A DNA stretch of 61,819 nt from an uncultured virus (IMG/VR IMGVR_UViG_3300020046_003388) (taxonomy: Duplodnaviria; Heunggongvirae; Uroviricota; Caudoviricetes), in the IMG/VR virus record IMGVR_UViG_3300020046_003388. One strand, given 5' to 3'. Position numbers and translations under genes: made by a program. The notes under the pieces are model-generated. The model saw nothing but the letters and a program-made list of their open reading frames with translations, had not been told where the DNA came from and ran no database searches. Of the stretch, positions 56,347-61,819 are shown piece by piece (the first letter of the stretch is position 1; every line of letters starts with the position of its first letter).

Positions 56347-57106
56347 GCGCCTCGAACTTCTCCGGGCACTTTCTCTTCAGCTCCTGTGGCTCTTCAATGT
56401 AGGCCCGGAAACTCTCTGCCACATCCTCTACGCCGGGCTTATGCTCGGCGTAGTCTGAGATGAATGGAGGGTTACCCCATGGAGGGCCGTCAACCCGGTG
56501 TGTCTCCTCGAAGGCATGACCCAACTCATGAGTAAGTTGGGTCGTCCTAACCTTAGCGTCATAGCTTTTGTGAATCGAGAGATGCATCACTCCACCAGAC
56601 CGCCAAGAGGCGTCCTCGGAACCCATAGGACCGCCAAGGTGAACCTTCTTGACAGACTGGGACCAAACCTGACGAGCCTTGGGCTTGAGCTTCTTGAACC
56701 CCGCAACCCACCCCAAGACAGCCTTCCCAGCCTCGGGGTCATTCTCGAATTTCATGTCTGGGACAACGCTGATCCCCATTTCTCGACCCATAGCTAGGAA
56801 GGCGTCAACGAAGTCAACAGATTTCGTAGTTTTCGGAGCCTTAACCTTTGTACGCTCTACCAGGCTAACCTCATCTTCGTCTACGCCACGCGAACGAAGA
56901 TATTCCCCTAGCTCTGTGACAGGGAACGGAGCAATGGCGTCATTCCGTAGAGACCGGACGAGCTGTTGAATGCGAGTCGTTGCATCCGGGGCTGCGTTGG
57001 CATCAAGTACTTTGAGGATAGCCTCCAGATGCTCCGGAGTAACGTTCTGAGATGCCGCAAATCTCGTAGCGACCCGCAGCGCCATGTAGTCTTCTCTAGA
57101 GTTCAA
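56330..57106 (-). CDS. HExxH zincin-like metallopeptidase-domain protein
   Basis: LTHELGHAF, FISDYA..EDVAESFRAY..P..LK..CPEKF; N-terminal RVATRF motif. Confidence 0.8.
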   Translation of the reverse strand: MNSREDYMALRVATRFAASQNVTPEHLEAILKVLDANAAPDATTRIQQLVRSLRNDAIAPFPVTELGEYLRSRGVDEDEVSLVERTKVKAPKTTKSVDFVDAFLAMGREMGISVVPDMKFENDPEAGKAVLGWVAGFKKLKPKARQVWSQSVKKVHLGGPMGSEDASWRSGGVMHLSIHKSYDAKVRTTQLTHELGHAFEETHRVDGPPWGNPPFISDYAEHKPGVEDVAESFRAYIEEPQELKRKCPEKFEALKKLV

Positions 57107-57207
57107 AGAAGTAGTCCCTGTGTGGATGGTTACCTTTGCCTTCGTATAAGTTCCTTCCTCCTGCCCCTCCGCTTGGATAGTCTATTGGTGCAAGTTCAAT
57201 ACTCGAA

Positions 57208-57483
57208 ATGACCAATCGAAAAAAACAGGCACTTGCAGATAGAGATCATGTCTACCAGGCGTTGGATGACCTCGTAGACAGCTTTTTGGTGTATGACCGT
57301 AGAGAGGATGAAGATCTCCCTCAAGGGGTCATAGAGCGACTTATCGCGAAGGACACTATGTCAATCGACGACTTAGTAGATCGGTTTCGTGAAGGGCTCG
57401 AAGGGCACCTGGAGTCTATCGAGCCAGAAGATGATGAAGAAGATGAAGAAGAAGAGTACTTAGAGGAAGGGTACGATGGATGA
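57208..57483 (+). CDS. acidic hypothetical protein
   Basis: FLVYDRREDEDLP.G.IE; D/E-rich tail. Confidence 0.7.
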   Translation: MTNRKKQALADRDHVYQALDDLVDSFLVYDRREDEDLPQGVIERLIAKDTMSIDDLVDRFREGLEGHLESIEPEDDEEDEEEEYLEEGYDG

Positions 57484-57760
57484 CAAGGTATTCGCTCTCT
57501 GTTTAGACTCAATCGCTAGTGAAGTAGCCGCTCAAGGCCTGACGATCGAGAAAATAAAAGTGAGCCCTGAAGTGTATCGACAACATGGGCACCTACGGTA
57601 CGCCCTAGCGGTCAACAACCAACTCCAGGGTTATGTCATTCAAGTAATCATTCCAAGCGACATGCCGTTCTTAGACCGCTTTATGGGGGAAGTACCTACT
57701 CTAGACCTTTTACAGGTCGTTGAGACCTATGAGGTCCGTAGTCGATTTGATCGTTTATAG
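57476..57760 (+). CDS. hypothetical protein ending in RSRFDRL
   Basis: Overlapping start; GAGGAAGG RBS. Confidence 0.65.
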   Translation: MDDKVFALCLDSIASEVAAQGLTIEKIKVSPEVYRQHGHLRYALAVNNQLQGYVIQVIIPSDMPFLDRFMGEVPTLDLLQVVETYEVRSRFDRL

Positions 57761-57772
57761 CTTGGGGTAGGT

Positions 57773-58510
57773 ATGGCACTACAGCTCCCCCCAAATGCCG
57801 GTCCTGCAAGAGACCAAGCGATCCTACACTACGTGCTTGGGAACAACTACGAGCACGAGTGGTCAAGAATCACCTCGACCCACGAAGGGCGGACCGCTGA
57901 GTTTTGGGTTTCCTCAGATGCCCTTAAAATAGAGGGTGTGCGTGTCAACCTGAATGCACGCTTGCAGCAGGATATTGCAGACTTCCTCGATGGGTCTCTA
58001 CTGACAGCTAAGTTGTGCGACCTCATGTGGGCGCAGAGGGAGATTACTATCCCGCCCTTCCCGAGGTCTATAACATCAAGCACGGAGGCTATGCTCAAGC
58101 ACTCCCTTGCTATTGACACCTACCTAAGTAATAGGTTCGATTCCTTAGGGGATGGAGTCAAGTCTACCGTAGGGAAAACTTGGGTCATAGACAACAGCGT
58201 TAGTGCTAAGAAGGCCATGAACTATGGCTGGCACTTTCAGGGGTCCAGCTTCCAGGGCATCCAAGGCGAGCCTACAGCGTCCAACCTAAAGGATGAGGAT
58301 GGGAACCTTGTACGCCTTATCCAAGGCAGGGGAACGCGTCATGGGCCGTCTCATGACGATTACAGTCAAGTTGGGTTGTTCGTATCTAGGGAGTGTCGAG
58401 TCGATGGTCAGGTCTTTGACCTGCATGACCTTCTCAACTCCACTACCTTAGCTCCACTGGCAAGCCATCAGGGCGTTGTCCGAGTTCTTCGGCAACCTAA
58501 GGAAACCTGA
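57773..58510 (+). CDS. hypothetical protein
   Basis: GKTWV..NYGWH...IQ....H...HDDYSQ conserved-looking motifs. Confidence 0.75.
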   Translation: MALQLPPNAGPARDQAILHYVLGNNYEHEWSRITSTHEGRTAEFWVSSDALKIEGVRVNLNARLQQDIADFLDGSLLTAKLCDLMWAQREITIPPFPRSITSSTEAMLKHSLAIDTYLSNRFDSLGDGVKSTVGKTWVIDNSVSAKKAMNYGWHFQGSSFQGIQGEPTASNLKDEDGNLVRLIQGRGTRHGPSHDDYSQVGLFVSRECRVDGQVFDLHDLLNSTTLAPLASHQGVVRVLRQPKET

Positions 58511-59065
58511 ATGCTGGTAGTTACTCCTAGGGGTGAGATGCGCCCACTTGTAAGTGAGCGATTGCAACTCACCCCACTAAGTACCCAAGACACGACGGGG
58601 ATGTTTGAGGGGGTAGAGGCCTCTCGCGCACAGCTCAAGCAATGGCTGCCTTGGGTCCCATTTGTCCACGACTTCGACTCAACGCTACGGTATATCGAAT
58701 CCAGTATGTCCGACTGGGACTCTGGAACGGCCTACCGTTTTGCAATCCATAACGAAGGCAAGTTTCTTGGAGTTATCGGTCTTGAGGGGGTCTCCCACAT
58801 GCACGATAACGTAGAACTAGGCTACTGGATTCGATCAGATGTAGCTAGTCAAGGCTATACCACGGAAGCCGCAACTCTAATCCTACCCTGGGCATTCGCA
58901 GCTCGGGTTCACAGGGTTAGAGTTGCAGCTGCTACAACGAACCTAGCCTCCTTACGAGTGATACGTAAGTTGGGGTTCCACCATGAAGGAGTCTCCCGTG
59001 GTGCCGAGCGTTGTAACGGTAAGTGGCTAGACCACGAAGTGTTCTCGTTGCTTAAGACGGACTGA
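58511..59065 (+). CDS. RimJ/RimL-family GNAT N-acetyltransferase
   Basis: SERLQL, WLPW, ELGYWI...QGYTTEA, N.AS.RV..KLGF..EG. Confidence 0.9.
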   Translation: MLVVTPRGEMRPLVSERLQLTPLSTQDTTGMFEGVEASRAQLKQWLPWVPFVHDFDSTLRYIESSMSDWDSGTAYRFAIHNEGKFLGVIGLEGVSHMHDNVELGYWIRSDVASQGYTTEAATLILPWAFAARVHRVRVAAATTNLASLRVIRKLGFHHEGVSRGAERCNGKWLDHEVFSLLKTD

Positions 59066-60266
59066 ACTTACGGGTATTCGAAGGGCTGGGAGCTGAATCC
59101 TTAGCCTCAGCTGAAGTGACTCCCGCAAGGAGTTTCTTCATCAGTTTAATGCTAGCGATTACCTCTTCCGTGGTATCTCCACTTTGGAGACGAAGAGCAA
59201 TCTCCCTCACGTAGTCCTGAGAGAGCCCCTCGGAGGCGAGTACAAAAGAGTCGATATCCCACTGCATCGGGCTATCTTTCAAGTACCCTGAAAGAAGGCT
59301 CTTCCGCTCTTCGGGAGCTGGGAGAGGAAACTCAAACCACGTATCTACTCTACCAGGGCGTAGAAGCCCAGCGTCGAAGGAGTCTGTTGTGTTTGAGGTC
59401 AAGATTACGGATGTTTTGGGGTGGTCAATCTTGAACTTCTGGAGGAGGTCAAGGACTGTAGGCATGACCTTCGACAGGTCCGCCTTATCCAGATCATCGA
59501 TGATTAGGAATTCTGGGTTCAGGCCATCCAGCAGAAATGACATCGCCTGCACCTCACAGTAAGCTAGGGTAGATGCATCGAACTTGAGAATACGGCTACC
59601 TAACCTAGAGGCGAATTCCATTGCGAATGAGGTCTTACCCGTACCTGGAGGTCCGAAAAACATGTAGGACCTAGGTACTCCTTGCGCTACCCAGGCTCGA
59701 TGCCGCTGCACTCTTTTCTGCATTTGCACCTCAGCGTCACCATACAACGGACTATTCAGCACCCCAAAGCTTGTAAACTTGTGATCGATGCGACCCGACG
59801 AGTTCACTGCGGATACATGGATTCGACCGTCATAGACGCTCCACATCTTGTCGAACGCTTCCTCGAACACAAACCCCTTGGAGTGGTAGAAGGTTGGCTC
59901 CTTTCGACCATCGCTATACCGGTACTCTAGAAAGAACAGGCGCCCATGCGTTGGAGAGGTTGCCTCAATTACATCTAGGTACTCGGTAATCCCGTACTTG
60001 TGGACATGAAACTCATCTTTGAGCTTGGTATCGAAGAACAAGCTCACAAATTGAGCATTCATGGTTGAGTCAAGGTTGTACTTCTGAACGAGAGTTGCGG
60101 CTCCATGGTTTTTCCCAGGATTGACAGCGTCTTCGATGACGTCAATCAGCGAGAGGCACTTTACGAAAGTGGTAAAGGCAGAGTCCTCACTTTTTGGTAG
60201 CTTATCTGCCACCGCAGTAGCTACCTTGAGGCCTAGTCGAATACGATGGAAAAACTCTAGGTTCAT
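59052..60266 (-). CDS. AAA+ ATPase (BCS1-like architecture)
   Basis: RSYMFFGPPGTGKTS, LIIDDLD, TSN..D.GLLRPGRVD. Confidence 0.88.
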   Translation of the reverse strand: MNLEFFHRIRLGLKVATAVADKLPKSEDSAFTTFVKCLSLIDVIEDAVNPGKNHGAATLVQKYNLDSTMNAQFVSLFFDTKLKDEFHVHKYGITEYLDVIEATSPTHGRLFFLEYRYSDGRKEPTFYHSKGFVFEEAFDKMWSVYDGRIHVSAVNSSGRIDHKFTSFGVLNSPLYGDAEVQMQKRVQRHRAWVAQGVPRSYMFFGPPGTGKTSFAMEFASRLGSRILKFDASTLAYCEVQAMSFLLDGLNPEFLIIDDLDKADLSKVMPTVLDLLQKFKIDHPKTSVILTSNTTDSFDAGLLRPGRVDTWFEFPLPAPEERKSLLSGYLKDSPMQWDIDSFVLASEGLSQDYVREIALRLQSGDTTEEVIASIKLMKKLLAGVTSAEAKDSAPSPSNTRKFSPS

Positions 60267-60793
60267 GCGGTAAGTACCCCTGTCTCTGTGATGTAGTCTT
60301 TGGTACTTAGAGCGGATAGTACACTAGAGTTCATTGTAAGTCCTGTCCCCTTTTGGGTGGCGTAGCGATTTACAGTGTGCTCCTTGTGTCCATCTCGATA
60401 GGTGCGAGAGGGTAACCTTCGGACAGCGATTGTGTGGACCTGCGACCCTGAACCAGACTCACCAAAATATGGGAGAAGTGTCATAGCGAGTGTACCACTT
60501 TTCTGTAGCAAGTACTGGTCTATCTCACTTATGGGAGTTACGGGGTTCAAGTTGTTTTCTAGGGGTATGTCGTTCTGAATGAAGTCGCCTAAGAGGTACA
60601 ACCCTAGGTCAAAGGTTGGAGCAAGTACCACAACACTTGCTCCAAGACTGAACTTCAAGACATTGTGTGCCGCTCGAACGTCAAGCACTAGGTTGTTGGC
60701 CAAGACTACCCCACTGAGGTCAGGAAGAATTCGGTCGAATCTAGACCGCGTATCTTCCACATCTAGGTCCAACGTCCAGGTGTAACGATTCAT
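60263..60793 (-). CDS. hypothetical protein with RSRFDRI near the N-terminus
   Basis: ATGA overlap with the AAA gene. Confidence 0.6.
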   Translation of the reverse strand: MNRYTWTLDLDVEDTRSRFDRILPDLSGVVLANNLVLDVRAAHNVLKFSLGASVVVLAPTFDLGLYLLGDFIQNDIPLENNLNPVTPISEIDQYLLQKSGTLAMTLLPYFGESGSGSQVHTIAVRRLPSRTYRDGHKEHTVNRYATQKGTGLTMNSSVLSALSTKDYITETGVLTA

Positions 60794-60818
60794 ATTCTTC
60801 TTATCTCAAGGGTGAAGT

Positions 60819-61789
60819 ATGCCAAGTATCTTGACTAGAGTAGTACACCGGTATGCCGCAGCCACCAAGGTGGTGGTAGACCTACAGGCTACTCTTCAAG
60901 CTCGCAGCAAGTACTCGCTGTTTTCGGATCTAATCATCGGCAAGTTCGACAGCACAACGACCATGTATCGAGTATTTGACGAGGTAGAGCTTGGACACAT
61001 TCTAGCTTCCGGAAGGATCACGGGATATTTGACGAGGTAGAGCTTGGACACATTCTAGCTTCCGGAAGGATCACGGGAGGGAACTACTCTGTAAAGGCTG
61101 AGCGAGACCATGGGGCAAGTTGGGGGTCGAACATCAACGAAGTCATTCCTTGGGGGTTACGACAACTAGGGGGGCGTCTTGGACAAGAACTATACCTAGC
61201 CAAGTTGGATGCCTTTGACGTGAGTTTTATGCACCTAGACCCCGGAGTGGCGATTGACCCCAATGGAGCCCCAGAGCAGACCATTGTGTTTGATACGAGT
61301 AGGTGTAATACAGGCCTAGGGTGCTCCCTCATCAACGTCAAGTTAGAGGACGTTGACATATTCAAGGTGAACTCACAAGGTCAGATCCAGCGGCAAAGCA
61401 TCGCGGAGCTTAAGGCCGGTTTGAAGACCAAAGAAGAAGCGCCTAAGGAAGCCCCCACAGAAGACGTACCTGTAATCAACGACAAACTGAGGGACCCTAC
61501 CTGGGAGCTGCAACCGAAAGCAAAAGTCATTGTCACGAAAGGATCCACACCGCTAGGAATTGGGGTGCGAGCTACAGCTCAGGTTGTAGATGTATGGCAG
61601 CGTGTTGTGGGGGGTAAGCCTGAAAAGGAAGTCATGGTAAGGCTGCAATTCGTGTACCCCAGGAAGACCCCTGACAAGTGGACGCGAGAGCCAATTACCC
61701 TATACGCGACACATGCGAACAGACTGAAAGACCATGAGATAGCGCTTCTAGACAGCCGAGGTAGCCGGGTACTGATTAAGAAGCGCTAG
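60819..61789 (+). pseudogene. Single ~305-aa gene split by a 53-bp tandem duplication (real or assembly artefact)
   Basis: Removing one copy joins ORFs 60819-61040 and 61205-61789 in one frame; N-terminal RVVHRY motif. Confidence 0.8.
60973..61078 (+). repeat. 53-bp perfect tandem duplication
   Basis: tatttgacgaggtagagcttggacacattctagcttccggaaggatcacggga at 60973 and 61026. Confidence 0.95.
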
Positions 61790-61819
61790 GTAGACTACAC
61801 CGTTTTTCTCTAGCTCTGG

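Noticed and set aside
1..61819. Stop-codon reassignment, as in some large phages
   Set aside because: Conserved genes are full length in code 11, and TAG, TGA and TAA all end genes at the expected positions.
1..61819. Bacterial chromosome origin, given clpX, rnhB, folA and thyA
   Set aside because: These genes lack their usual operon partners (no clpP, tig or lon) and are interspersed with short unknown ORFs, homing endonucleases and tail-like genes, which fits a large phage. The host cannot be determined from this window.

Overview
A gene-dense 62-kb slice of a large (jumbo-type) tailed bacteriophage genome, apparently a metagenomic scaffold (102-N gap at 37439-37540). Most genes are on the + strand, often joined by ATGA overlaps. 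The standard genetic code is used, and I found no rRNA, CRISPR array or complete tRNA. Recognisable genes fall into four groups. (1) Replication and nucleotide metabolism: family A DNA polymerase with a LAGLIDADG intein, thyA, DHFR, 5'-nucleotidase, MazG-like protein, RNase HII, DHH phosphoesterase, Dam. (2) Protein handling: ClpX, three further AAA+ ATPases (one in a DUF2997/DUF1257/Ycf46-like cassette), a J-domain protein, a vWA protein, a nitrilase-family amidase, two GNATs and three HExxH zincins. (3) A tail/virion module at 22.7-29.9 kb. (4) Five mobile nucleases: the intein LAGLIDADG, an HNH embedded in thyA, a free HNH, a GIY-YIG/NUMOD3 and a stand-alone TnpB. The most unusual signals are: a shared N-terminal [RKN]-[VI]-[AVL]-x-[RK]-[FY] motif on about nine unrelated proteins (candidate virion-packaging or sorting tag); a recurring [ST]-R-[FY]-[DEK]-R tail on a different protein set; a complete HNH homing endonuclease fused in frame inside thyA with no intein signature; and a fixed-spacing (GG)YGTA-N9-start motif suggesting leaderless transcripts. 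All family assignments come from motif recognition by eye; no database searches were run.
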